Shown here: positions 1-12,034 of the stretch, piece by piece
Layout of the letters: every line of letters starts with the position of its first letter
Position numbering within the stretch: the first letter of the stretch is position 1
NCBI GenBank assembly: GCA_907165135.1
Contig: OU015567.1
Coordinates: 13,888,001-13,952,000, forward strand
Origin: Oikopleura dioica
Taxonomy: Eukaryota; Animalia; Chordata
DNA length: 64,000 bases
Direction of reading: 5' to 3'
Notes under the pieces: generated by a model
Databases searched by the model: none
What the model saw: only the letters and a program-made list of their open reading frames with translations
What the model was told of the DNA's origin: nothing
Translations under genes and position numbers: made by a program

Positions 1-843
1 ACTCAATGAAGCTGCAAGACGCCTTCAAGCTCCAAAAAGACGAATTTATGATGTAACGAACGTCTTGGAAGGTTTTTCAAGCACTTTTTCATTTTTGTAA
101 AACCCGCTTCAGGTATTGGACTGGTCGCGAAAAAGACAAAAAATCACTTCCAATGGGTCGGTGGAGATGTAGATACTGAAAACAGCGTTGAAAACGACGA
201 GCAAGAAATCGCAAATTTGAGAAAACGAGACGCAGAGCTAACCCAAGCAATTGAACAACAAGAGATTCAGGTATCTCCTTGTTGTCTCCCGAAATATATA
301 TTTTTCTTTCAAGCTTCGATCACTGACGGAGTGCAACGACGAATTAGGATACGTCACTTGCGATGATTTACGGTCGATATTCCGAAATCACCTCGTTCTT
401 TGCTTGAAAGCACCGCCAGATACGAAGGTAGAAGTTCCAGAGCCATCAGCAGGGACGGAGTTTCCTTATGAAATGCGACTCAAATCTACGAAGGGAGTGA
501 TTGATTGTTACTTGTGCCCAGAAGATATTCAAGGCGCGAGTATGAGTGCATCAGCGCTTGAAAATAGGTAACGAGGAATTCCCGTCTTTCTTGTTCTATT
601 TCAAAATTTTAGTAAACGAGATACGACTCTGACGACAGAAGACGAGGAATCAGAAGTCGCCGACAACGCAAACAGTTCGCACAACGATTCGAATGGAAGC
701 ACCAGTCGGTTTCTTCCATTTTCGCCTCTCTCAGAAGCAGGTCCGTTTTTCCTCCTTTTTCTTAAGATTCAGCTCATTTTGTAGACTACCTGTTCACATT
801 GGACGAGAACGAAGGCCTTCAGAATCTCTTCGACATTCAATAG
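1..843 (+). CDS. E2F: E2F-family transcription factor, 3' part (5' end outside window), multi-exon
   Basis: Spliced translation gives LNEAARRLQAPKRRIYDVTNVLEG|IGLVAKKTKNHFQWVG (E2F DNA-binding signature RRIYDxxNVLEG), a marked-box region (251-568) and C-terminal DYLFTLDENEGLQNLFDIQ* (pocket-protein-binding motif). GT-AG introns; stop TAG 841-843. Confidence 0.93.
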
Positions 844-973
844 TTTCAATCTTGTCTCAACTGCCCAAAGTCATCCAAATTCAAAGATATTCTGTACAAA
901 ACTTTCAACTGACCAATCAATTCGCGACCAGATCCTGTCAGAAACAAGTCCTTGATAACCTTTGCCTTCAGAA

Positions 974-1464
974 ATGGAAGTCAACTGGGAACCGGAATCG
1001 GAGCCTTCCTTCGATCTTTATTGGAGGCATTTTGATATTTCCTCGGAGGACAAGCTGTTTTGGATTTTACCTGGATTCCATCTCTTTCACTTCTGTATGA
1101 TTGATTTTACTTTGTTGTACTTGATGCTCTTTTAGTGCTGTTATTTCTTTGCTGGAACCACGAGATGTCTCAAATCTTTAACTTCGCCCTTCTTGGAAGC
1201 TTCCTCCTCGGCGCGGAAAAGATCAACGAATTCATGGCTAGTCAAACCTGGCTTTCAAAGACAAACTATTTCGACTCTTCTGGAATGTTTTTTACCTTCG
1301 CCATTTCCTTCCCCGTCATAACTCATTTGCTCATTCTTGTGATTCTATGGGTGAAAAGAACGGCCGATCAATTGGTCAAGGTGAAACGACAAGAGGTCAG
1401 AATGAAGTTGAAGAAATCGCGCGAAGGAGAAGTCAAGGAAGACGAGCCAAAGAAAGACAAATGA
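974..1464 (+). CDS. TMEM18: Transmembrane protein 18
   Basis: ATG 974 preceded by ccttcag; one ~41-nt GT-AG intron (~1095-1135) restores the frame. Motifs AEKINE, NYFDSSGMF and a TM followed by a basic C-terminus match the TMEM18 pattern (AEYINE / QYFDSRGMF). Confidence 0.85.
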
Positions 1465-1603
1465 GATCAACGATTTCTTAGACACAATTATCATTTTCTG
1501 TGCAATTTTAGTAACCCCTCTCTCTGCCTTTACTATGTTAGTAACACTTATCTGTATATCAAAATCATACCTACAATCTATCATTTATCTTTTCTCCTTC
1601 AAG

Positions 1604-2785
1604 ATGCTACGCAGTGCAATAAGAAATCGGATCGCCACTAGATCTTCTGTGGTGCTATTTGGAGACCCATCGAAATCATTCAAAATAATCGACCAGGAAG
1701 GAAAATCGAATGAACACAACTGGGGTGAAGATGCTTTCAGTCTTTTTGACCTGTCCGACTTTGATAAGAAGAAGACAATGATCGCTACACCTCTTGGAAT
1801 CACGGGACTATCGTTGATGGGATTGGGAGGATATGATCTTGGGATAGGTCCGTTATTTCATTGAAAATCATTGTTTCTTTCAAATTTCGACCTTTTCAAA
1901 GAACAAATCTGCTTGAGCTCAATAATACTTACGGCTCCTTTGCGATCGGATACTTGGGATTTTACCTGACGCACATGGCTGTTACAAACAACTTTGCTGG
2001 ATTTCAGTCTCAAACGAGAAGAATTCGTCAACTAGAGAACAAAACATATCCGCTTGTTGAAAACATCGCTGTCGATCCAGAATCGTCAGAAATCTCGTTC
2101 AATTTATTTTCCGGCGAATTCAGGTCGTTTCATCAAGAAGATCTTGAAATCATTGAAGACTACGCTCCTCCAGCTGATTTTTACTTGTCGGCTCTTTCGA
2201 TGAGAAGCAAGGCGCATTACGACATGCAAGTGAGGATGAATTCCGAGTTCAATATTCATGAGATCGAAAAAACAACGAGTTCTTCATATTTGAGCTCTAT
2301 TGCTGGCTTCTTGGCTCAACGAATGAACATATTGAAGCAGAACTTTGTTTTTGTGAAAGACAGCTCTTCTGGCGAGCATTTTCGCGTTCCTCTTCAAATT
2401 CCGATGATAACGAAGGCGCAATTCAACAAATATAAAGACGTCGCGATTGTACATGATCTGGCGAAAGCTCTTTATCAAAGATCGAAGAAACAATCGAGCA
2501 ATTCTTTTCTTGAAATGATGCAAATTTCACAGAAAAAGTTCCAGGTAAAATGAGCCAGAGAAAGTCTTTCTCTAAAAGTCGGTTTAGTTTCGATACGTCA
2601 TCTGTTTCTACCAACAAACTAATACTCTCTTCTGGACGAAGATTCTCGGCGATCCGAAATACAAGAAGAATTATTGGAATTGGAGGATTCATGCTTTTTT
2701 CCATTTTATCTGGCGATCAAAAACATATCTGATCTTTCCTTCTGGTCTGATTTATATTTATTTTACGGAGAATAAAGATGAGTAA
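1604..2785 (+). CDS. Unknown protein; Arg-rich presequence-like N-terminus and two hydrophobic segments (possibly mitochondrial inner membrane)
   Basis: ATG 1604 preceded by ttctccttcaag; three exons (~1604-1848, ~1903-2544, 2588-2785) joined by GT-AG introns; MLRSAIRNRIATRSS start. Family not recognised. Confidence 0.65.
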
Positions 2786-2834
2786 AACTCGAACTGCATC
2801 TCATCACGAGTAGAATCATTTTGATTCTCTAAAT

Positions 2835-3301
2835 CAGGGATGTAAATCACCACAACCACCCCACCACTTTTCAGTGGTGGTGGTGGGGTGATTTTTCACC
2901 ACTCAAATGGTGGTTGTGGGGTGGTAAATCTATTGGCAAAATTAATTCTCCAAAAGTGAAAATAATGAATAAAATCGTGATAGCGGTACTCGAAAAATGA
3001 TACCTGGCCCTTTTTTATTGAAAAATAGGCTTTGATGATAAATTTATCACGTCGAAAATAGTTACTGTGGGGAAATTTTTCACCATTTTCAGTGGCGGTG
3101 GTGGGGTGATTTTTCACCATCACCATTTTCAGTGGTGGTGGTGGGGTGATTTTTCACCATCACCATTTTCAGTGGTGGTGGTGGGGTGATTTTTAACCAT
3201 CACCATTTTCAGTGGTGATGGTGGGGTGATTTTTTTCACCACCGACCACCCCACCATTTTGCTGTGGTGGGGTGAAAATGGTGGGGTGATTTACATCCCT
3301 G
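2835..3301. mobile_element. Non-autonomous hAT-type element (MITE) with internal ~38-bp tandem repeats
   Basis: TIR CAGGGATGTAAATCACC / GGTGATTTACATCCCTG; 8-bp TSD CTCTAAAT at 2827-2834 and 3302-3309; about four repeats of ttttcaccatcaccattttcagtggtggtggtggggtga at ~3076-3240; no ORF. Confidence 0.92.
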
Positions 3302-3416
3302 CTCTAAATGAATGCTTCTACGCTTTATGAATTAAAAAAAATGATACAAAAATCCGCAGAACAGGTCGCTTTGTACTTCAGGCCCACAAGTTGACTTTGC
3401 TGTTGTACTTTATTAT

Positions 3417-5386
3417 CTATAAAAATTTTATCTCAAATCTCACAGTAGAATCTTTCAGGTATCTGCTCGACTCTGTAACTTCTTCGGAATAGCATTCTCG
3501 CTTGTATTTTATAAATTGCCGACTGCCATCTCCCGTACTTGTCAGGACTTGTCTGTTTCCGTTATTATTTTTGAAGAAATGGTGCTCGCTTGCCACTGCC
3601 TCGAATTTAGGAGAATAATCTAAATAGGACTCAGGGTTAGGGAAACCAAGATACGAAACTAAGATATCAAAAAAGTACCGCTATGTTCGATCCAAAGATA
3701 AAATGAGCCATCTCCATTTTGGAAATCTGCATAATTTTGTGAACCGATATATTTCACCTTCCACTTGCCCGCGGATACCTCGTGTTCGCGGTCAGACCAG
3801 AACTTTTAGAGAGTTAATTGAAACTACTTTTTATTTATACCGCGATTGGCATTTCTGACTGACTGATTCTGATTTTCGAGTGAAATAGCTAATAAACCAA
3901 TTAAAATTTGACTCTAGTGTCTCTTCTTTGAGAGTTCCGTCAAACCAGTGACGCCTACGCAATCTACGTTACAAATCTCCTATGTTTTTAGCATGGAGAA
4001 TTGTAACGTCAATGTGCATCTTTCAAAAATCAGTCAGTCAGGACTGCCAATCGCAGTATTTCTTCAATAGAATCTTTCTTTCCTGAAGGGTCATTTCTTT
4101 GTTGTCTGATGCTTGTTGCTGCAAAGTCGCTTGAATTTCGTCATCGTTCATTCCATGTAAATAATTCGTTAATTTGAATATCGTCGGTTTCACCTCGTCT
4201 TTCATAAGTATTGGTTCTTTGGTTTCGAGCATTAACTTTCTTTCTTCGATTTCTTTTTCATCGTTCAAATAACTAAAAAGGAGGCTTAGTGCTTTAGATT
4301 CATCGAATCATTGATTCAGAAAGACATACCATTTGAGAATTGAACATGGATCGAATATTTCAGGCTCGCACTCATAATCTGACTCTTCTGGCTCAGCGAA
4401 TTTTTTTTTACGCTCAATATAGTAGACTTTTGATGACACTGATGACCAAGAATCCCCCGAAAACTCTTAATCACTACTCACGTCAGCCTCATCAATGATG
4501 GTAAATTCATCGCTGTGTTCATCTTCGGAACTCACATTTTTCTCGGGCATTGCTGTTTCTTTGAGGAAATCATAAGCCTCTTGTGTCTGTTTAAAGTTTT
4601 CTTTTTCTTTTCGGAAAGCTTCGTCAATTTCTCTGTTCATAGCTTTCTCTGAAATCCCAAGAACAGATGAATATTCTGTGGTAAAGTCGGAATGAACTTG
4701 AACAGGTACCAGACATTCGTATTCGCCTTCTTCTTCCAGGACAGCATCAAATTTAAAAGCCCCAACTTATAGATTTTTCAAAAATTGAAAAGATCATAAG
4801 AATACCGCTATTTTCGATCCTAAGATCTTCGATTTTCAAGTAACACCCGCCGTGATTATTCTCGTAATCGTCATCTTCATACCAACAATGCGCGAGTTTC
4901 CATCCTGTTGCGAAAATCACATCTTCGGAATAATCCGATAGGCTATATTCGCTCGGCGATAGCTAAGTCGAGATATTTGATTTTTTTTAGTTTCGCATTT
5001 CATAATTTATCTCTTTCCGAAAAGGTTACTTTTTTCTCCCCAAGAGCAAGTAATTGCAACGCCTTCTTGGCATAATCATTATGGCAGTTTTTCCTCAGAT
5101 AACTTAAGAACATAAAGATCAAGAAATTTTCGTCTACCAGTTAGCTTTTTACTGTTAATACATACGTAACATACCATTTTAGTGCTACAAATGGATCTTC
5201 GAGACCAACAGAGTCTTCTTTAGGAGACCCTTCAGAGACAGCACATCCTTTTAGATAAACATAAGCTTCTTGCTTCAACTTGAAGTCTGTTTCTTCTTTT
5301 CTGATAGCATTTTTAATCTCTTTTTTCGAAGCATCTATAGGGACTCCAAGAACGGCAGAATAATCTCTGACCTTGTCGGAATTCAT
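3417..5386 (-). CDS. Paralog A: multi-exon protein with two HPD-less J-domain-like modules and MATH-like segments
   Basis: Starts MNSDKVRDYSAVLGVPIDASKKEIKNAIRKEETDFKLKQEAYVYL; second module near 4570-4680; C-terminus GDGSRQFIKYKRE...SRYLKDSTVRFEIKFL* resembles the end of a MATH domain. Exon model partly inferred. Confidence 0.6.
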
Positions 5387-5522
5387 TTGAAAAAATGTGT
5401 CTGTTTTTTGCCACACTAACTTCGAGCTGTTTTTATTTTAATATTTTTCGATACAGAAAAAACATCAAAACAATTTGTCTAGAAGTGATTTATTCAAAAG
5501 CAGTCTTTTTTTAGTTTATTTT

Positions 5523-7588
5523 CTATAGAAATGTTATCTCGAATCTCACAGTAGAATCTGTCAGGCTTCCGCTCGATTCAGTATCTTCTGTGGGGTCGAA
5601 TTCTCGCTTGTATTTCACGAATTGCCGATTGCCGTCTCCCGTACTTCTCAAAACTTTTCGGTTAACGTTCTTGTTTCTGAAGAAATGGTGCTCGGTTGCC
5701 ACTGCCTTGAATTTAGGAGAATAATCTAAATAGTTTACAAAACCGATAATAGGGAAGTATAAAAATTACCGCTATGTTCGATCCAAAGATAAAATGAGCC
5801 ATCTGCTGTTTGAAAATCTGCAAAATTTTGGCAACCAAGATATTTCACTTTCCACTTGCCTTCTGATACCTCGTGTTCGCGATCAGACCAGAACTTTTAG
5901 AGAGTTTATTAAAGACATTGATCTATTTGTTTCAATAAAATTTCTCTTTCCTGAAGCGTCATTTCTCTGTCGTCAAATTTTAGTAGCTGCAAGCACGTTT
6001 GAATCTCGCCATCGTTCATTCCATGAAAATAATTCGTCGGTAACTTCGATTTCAACTCGTTTTCAACTTTTTTCAGGTCGTTTTCAATTTTTGTCAGGTC
6101 TTCTTTCAAATGACTAAATAATAGCATTATTGCTAATCGAATACCAGAGGACCAGAGTACCCGGTACCAAAAAATGTCAGGATACCGAGCCAAAATTGAT
6201 TTTAAAGGGTATATTTGGTCAATAAATGGAGTATCCTCACACTTCAGCCGCGGAACGGACATTAGTTTTTTGATGAATCAGAAAAAATGCTTGACTTTGG
6301 TACCGGGTACTAAATTTTTGGTACCGGCACGCAAAATCTGACGCAAAATCTGACGAAAGAGCCAACTGGAGGGGCCCTTTGGTAATTCATGCAGAAAGTC
6401 TTACCATTTTAGAGTGAAAGATGGATCGAAGAATTCTGTCTCGCATTCATAATCAGACAGTTCGCACCAAGAATCGCCCGAAAACTCTTGATCACTGCTC
6501 ACTACGGGATCGACAGCAGCGGAAAATTGCTCTCCACTATCTTCATCTTCGGACCTCACTTTTTCAACAGGCTTCGCTGTTTCTTTTAGGAAATCGTAAG
6601 CCTGCTGTTTCCGTTTAAAGCTTTCCTTTTCTTTTTGAAAAGCCTCGTCAATTTCTTCCTTCGTAGCACTTTCTGAAACTCCAAGAGCGGATGAATATTC
6701 TGCGGTAAAGTCGGAATGAACTTCGATAGTAATCACACAGTGGTATTCGCCTGTTTCTTTCACAAGAAGATCAAACTTCACAACTCCCACTTATAGATGT
6801 TTAAGAAAAATACAAAAACTCGTCAAAATACCGCTATTTTCGATCATAAGAGCATCGAAGTCAAACCAGCGTAGAGAGGGGTTATCATTCGAGCGTATGA
6901 TTCGAGCAATCTAATATCTCTAGAATCTGGGCTAGTGTTTAGGATAAGGGACTGTGAACTCTTAGGGGGGAAGTCCGGGGGCGAAGCCCCCTTGTTTAGG
7001 CCTTAGGTGGGGGGTCCCCGGGTTAGGTTTAGGGTTAGGGGCAGCTCGAATGATAACCCCCTACTACCCAAACCGGTATTTCTTGTGATTCCAATAATTC
7101 AGAAGATTCCATCCTGTCGCCGATAGTTCTTCATCGTCATACGCCCATAGCTTTGTCGAGATAATTATATATACATTTTTTTCATTTTCGCATATTATAA
7201 TTGATCTCTTCCCGGAAAAGTAACTTTTTTCTCTCCATGAGAAAGTAATTGCAAGGCGTTCCTGGCATAATCTTTATTATGTGAATCATGCTTCTCCGTT
7301 TCTGCCAAGTTTCTTCTCAGATAACTAAACGTCAAAGGTCACCAAACTTTTGTCAACCAGTGAACTTCTAGCATACCGTGCTAGTGCTACAAATGGATCC
7401 TCGTGATCAACGGAGTCATCTTTAAGAGACTCTTCAGACACAGCACATCCTCTAAGATAAACATAAGCTTCTTGCTTCAAACTAAAGTCTGTTTCTTCTT
7501 GTCTAATAGCCTTTATAATCTCTCTCATCGAGGCATCTGTAGGGACTCCAAGAACGGCAGAATAATCGCTGGCGAGGTCGGAACTCAT
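5523..7588 (-). CDS. Paralog B of the same J-like/MATH-like gene; two insertions and ~200 bp missing relative to A
   Basis: Starts MSSDLASDYSAVLGVPTDASMREIIKAIRQEETDFSLKQEAYVYL; colinear nucleotide similarity with 3417-5386, including the upstream non-coding block (5420-5510 vs 7640-7720). Intactness not confirmed. Confidence 0.55.
6144..6382. mobile_element. TA-flanked ~240-bp insertion in an intron of paralog B
   Basis: Absent at the aligned position of paralog A; ends ta|ccagagg...cctttgg|ta (imperfect); internal inverted repeat agtacccggtaccaaa / tttggtaccgggtact. Confidence 0.55.
6871..7067. mobile_element. ~200-bp inverted-repeat element with G-rich, telomere-like core
   Basis: Near-perfect TIR gtagagaggggttatcattcgagc / gctcgaatgataaccccctactac; internal hairpin gggggc-GAA-gccccc (6977-6991) and TTAGGG-like units (7020-7041); not seen in paralog A; no clear TSD. 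Confidence 0.6.
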
Positions 7589-7777
7589 TTGAGAAAAATA
7601 AGCGTTTTTTTTTGTCTTTGGCTCGCCAACTTCAAGTTGTTTTTATTTTAAAATTTTTCGATACAGAAAAAAAACATCCAAACAGCTTGTCTAGAAGTAA
7701 TTTATTCAAAAGCAGTCAAAAGATAGTTGAGAACAGAAATGAACAGTCCGATTACTCCGATCTAAATAAGTAAATAC

Positions 7778-9128
7778 TCATGAGGAGGTTGATTCAGAAT
7801 TCAGTTCTTTGAAGGATATTGAGGGTGTAATTTTGTTCCTTGAAGGTCGTTTGTCTTCAGATTCAGTTGATTTTCGTGACTGAAATGCAAAGTTATTGAA
7901 CCGCAGCGTGGTACACAAAATAAACCTCTGTTATCGGAGAGTCAATAGGTACTGTACTCAAGAGTCTTCTTTGATGCCTGAATTTCGGAAGAGATTTTTG
8001 AAGTTTATACAGCCGATAGCTCTAAAAAACTCATCATCAAATCAAACGCTATAAAGAGAACCTGGAGAAGAAGCATCAAACTATTTTTCATCGCAAAGAA
8101 AAGCCCAGAGCTTGTGTAAAAACCATGCTCAACCATGAGTACGATTCTCAGAATAAGATAAGGGACATCCAAGAAAAACAGGCCTGTTGTTATCTGTAAC
8201 ATTTCAGGACTCATGATATCTCCGGTGAGGAATCTGCTGAGTACTTTTGCTCTTGGTAAACTATCGATCTCCACGTATTTTCTCGATGAATCTAACGAAA
8301 ACTTCGGATAATATCAATCGATAACTTATACCTTCTTTCATAAGAACATCATTAGGAACTTCAAATCCAAAAATTATCAGCGACAAACTCCACAAAGCAA
8401 GAATTGAATAAACAGCTACTTCATTGACACCTAGATTTTCATCGCCTAGGGACTCCAAGAGCTCTAGAATATCGGCACCAACGGCAAGGTTTCCAACCAA
8501 AATCGCACTGAAGTGGTGAAATCAAAATTCTTCGTAAAAAGTACCTAAAGTAATCCCCATCTTGATCATCATTCTTCGGAGCAAGCCATCTTCCAATAAC
8601 CAGCGCGAATATCAGAATCTGCTCAAGAAACAACACCATATCAGGAGCCTTTTCAAGTCTCAAATCTTAATGAACAAGAAAATGATCAATTTTGAAACCC
8701 TCTCCTCAAAAGAGATTCCTCCAATTTGCGCCATCACTCCCGGCGGCGAGTACTCAAGCTTCAAAACGCGTTTCTCGAGAAGTTCGCCTTCCATGAGCCA
8801 GATACAAGGCACTGCGGCAGACAACATGGCCAAATTCATTGTGACAAGCCATCTGATTTCGTTGCCTTTTCGGATGAATATTGCATGCCAGAACTCAAAG
8901 ACAAAGCCAAGAAGACCAGTGAAAAGTAGAAAAATTGTGTTCCGGTCTTTTCGGCTTTGAAATGGTAGAATCAGATATGTCTGGTAGACGGTGAAGATTA
9001 TGTACGCCAAATATAGTATTCTTGCCGATAGAGCATTTCTTCAAGAACATAAGGAAAATCTTGATCACCCAAAACTTACATGAGTCTTTTATGTTTTCTG
9101 TAAAACCCGATGATGGAAGACATGACAT
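7778..9128 (-). CDS. TMEM26-like multi-pass membrane protein
   Basis: Exons encode PCIWLME, LVIGRWLAPK, AVGADILEL and LDVPYLILRIVLM...FFAMKNSLMLLLQV, matching the TMEM26 family pattern (IGRWLLP, AADILEF, DGPFLVVRL, AKN). 3' end is 7778 if the last introns are spliced, otherwise 8005. Confidence 0.75.
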
Positions 9129-9554
9129 TCTGATTTCTGAGTGAGCATCGTTGACCACTGCAGGGTTTGAGTGATCTTAAAGATAGCCAAAGATTCTGAA
9201 GAAATCCCATTTCAAATGTCTTTCTCTGTCTGGTATCTTTTATTTTCGAACTGCCCCAGCTACCGCTCTCCCAGCCATACTAATGAGCCTCCAACTAAGA
9301 AAACATTTTTACGCTCGCACAATTCAAAAGTTTTTAATCCAACAATCAGACCATCTGACTGTGGACTTTATTTTCAAAAAAACGGCATAACCCGTGAGTA
9401 GCATGGAGTTCGTGGAATGTTTTCACAGTTTTGTAAATTAGCTTATGGAATTTTTTGTTCAGTAAAACACTTTTTGAAATAAATGACGATGTGACAATAG
9501 TGATACTATTTATGTCTAATATTTTAGAAAAAATCACTGGTGATAAACGTTTAA

Positions 9555-10879
9555 GGGATCAACCCCCGATTTGGCCAACTTTGACCTCTATCTACTTTTT
9601 TTAGAGCTTAGGACGAAATAAATCGAAATTTACGTGCTGGATAAAAATTTTTCAAATAGAGTTAATTTTGCTTTTATCGGATTCAGCGTGCTCGAAAACC
9701 TAGGAAAAAATTGTACTTTTTGACTTCTGTCGTGAAATAGCGATAAGCGCGGCACTTCAAAAGTGAAAAAAATGTCACTTTTGGAAACAGATTTCTAGCG
9801 ATGCGTCATTGATATTAAAATTCTAATCGTACAGACTTTTAGATAATTGTCTAATCTAGTTGGCACTTTTTTAAAATCTTTAAAAAGTTAATGTTTACCC
9901 TACTGATTACCCTACTCATACTAATGAGGCCGGGCGTACTGGGTGATCATCATCGCCCGAAAAGTAGGGTAAACATTAACTTTTAAAGATTTTAAAAAGT
10001 GCCAACTAGATTAGACAATTATCTAAAAGTCTGTACGATTAGAATTTTAATATCAATGACGCATCGCTAGAAATCTGTTTCCAAAAGTGACATACTTTTC
10101 ACTTTTGAAGTGCCGCGCTTATCGCTATTTCACGCCAGAAGTCAAAAAGTACAATTTTTCCTAGGTTTTCGAGCACGCTGAATCCGATAAAAGCAAAATT
10201 AACTCTATTTGAAAAATTTTTATCCAGCACGTAAATTTCGATTTATTTCGTCCTTACGTAGGAAGCTGATTTTGGGCGCATTAGAAAGCCCGCTTCGAAA
10301 GGAGCAAATTCTGGTAGAATCAGCTTGCCAGCATAACATTCGCTTATGCATTACAGGCCGTCAAAGTGATTAACTTTTTGAAAAATGGCCATTTTAGGTC
10401 ATTTTCAAATGGTATCTACTTTTTTTTGGGCTTTGGGATTCAAAATCTTTTTGGTTTATCTAAAAGTATACACGCTAATCTCTATTTTTTGGTAGAATCA
10501 ACATGATCAGATAAGTGAATAAAAAAATTCTAGTTGTAAAACATTTTGAAACCATTTTTGGCGTTATTTGGGTGTTAGAATGCTCTCTAGCGCCAACAAT
10601 TGGCGGAAAATTCTTGTGCGTTTATTATATTCGTAATCTGCACATTCTAAGCTTTCGAAAGAGCCCTTGTTTGTGTTATTTCGATGACATGGAAAAATCG
10701 AAAAAATTTCGATTTTCACAATTTACATGCATTTTCCCGAACTTTGGGAGCCAAAATTTCGGGGATGCATTTATGTAAAGGGGTACTATCATATATCAAA
10801 ATGATCCTCAGAACACGAGGAATCTAATCATAGGCAATAATGACCGTTGCCAAAATTTTGAAAAATCGGGGGTGATCCC
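9555..10879. mobile_element. Non-autonomous TTAA-target element with GG..CC termini (Kolobok-type)
   Basis: TTAA (9551-9554) + GGGATCAACCCCCGATTT ... AAATCGGGGGTGATCCC + TTAA (10880-10883). Purine-purine 5' ends fit Kolobok rather than piggyBac (CCC..GGG). Confidence 0.8.
9611..10253. mobile_element. Fold-back element (arms ~290 bp, spacer ~55 bp), PIF/Harbinger-type, nested in the TTAA element
   Basis: ggacgaaataaatcgaaatttacgtgctgg... is mirrored almost perfectly by ...ccagcacgtaaatttcgatttatttcgtcc; TTA on both sides (9608-9610, 10254-10256). Confidence 0.87.
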
Positions 10880-11128
10880 TTAATAAGAAATCGGGGACCC
10901 CCTTCGACTTTTGTCAAAAATCAAATTTCAGATTTTTAAAATTTTAGCCCCGGATTCCGATTCCTCATGTAAAACAACGATTAAAACCTCCATGCTTTTG
11001 GGTCTCATCTCGACTTAGGCCGCACAAAATCGCATTTGAAAATTTTCAAGCTCTTGAAAATCTTACTTTTCAGGGCAAATCTACTGTAACAGTAAAATGC
11101 TTCGATTTGAGGGCCTCGAGGGTCAATA

Positions 11129-11563
11129 CTGAAAATGGCACCAATGGCACGAATTTGCTGAAAATCAAAAAGGAAAATTCACTATTCTTATCTGGATCTG
11201 GTTTTCCCCGACGGGTCGCAACGATTTTGTTCGTTCACAAAAATCATCAAAATATACAATATTAATAATATTATTATAATATTATTATATTGTCAATATA
11301 TCAATTTAAAAATCCAATTCCATTTATAATTCTACTGATGTACCCTAGCCTTTTATTGTTTTTTTATAAGCAATGCTTTTTCTCCTATGGAGAGTATTCG
11401 TGGTTCTAATTTGTCAAAGAAATCGCTCGCTCCGCGGGTTTAGGAAACTCAAGGGTGGAAAAACAATAACAAAAGAGTTTCTAGAATTTTACTGAAAATG
11501 GCACGATGAAAAAACATGTTTTCGTGCCATTCGTGACATTCGTGCCATTCGTGCCATTTTCAG
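11129..11563. mobile_element. TA-flanked MITE (Tc1/mariner-type target site)
   Basis: ta|ctgaaaatggcaccaatggcacgaat ... attcgtgccattcgtgccattttcag|ta; AT-rich palindromic centre (~11255-11300); internal extra copy of the left end at ~11490. Confidence 0.75.
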
Positions 11564-12034
11564 TACTGTCGGCCTCGAGCGCTGTCTATAATCTGCTCTT
11601 TTTACCTTGGCACATTTTTCTGGACTATATTTGAGCAGACAGTACCGGAACTTTCTTGTTTAGGGTCAGGCTTATGTGAGTTATGGTCAGATTAAATTAT
11701 TCTCGGTCTCAGAATCAAAATCTACAAAAAACACAAGGGGGAGAACCCCTCGAAAAACCGACCAATAAAAATAATTTTCTCGGTCTAAAATTAAGACTAC
11801 GAAGTCGCTCAGGTCAAAATCTTAAACAACAGTTAACCCTGATGAACTGAGAACTATTAACTTCGATTTTTTTTTAAATATTGATGTATTTGCGAAAGAA
11901 ATATAAAAGGAGTCTATATATCTTCCTTTATTTCTTTGTTTAGATAGTTCAAACTTACTTTTTCGGAATATCTGTAGACAGATGCTCTTTCCCAGCTAGT
12001 TTTTGCCGCTTCGAATTCTTAAATTTCATCAAAA

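Noticed and set aside
7020-7041. Telomere or interstitial telomeric tract
   Set aside because: Only two or three imperfect TTAGGG units, enclosed by TIRs.
9555-10879. piggyBac assignment for the TTAA-flanked element
   Set aside because: Termini are GGG...CCC rather than the CCC...GGG typical of piggyBac.
11660-11845. Possible element between tagggtcagg and ttaaccctga
   Set aside because: Ends are not true inverted repeats and no TSD was found.
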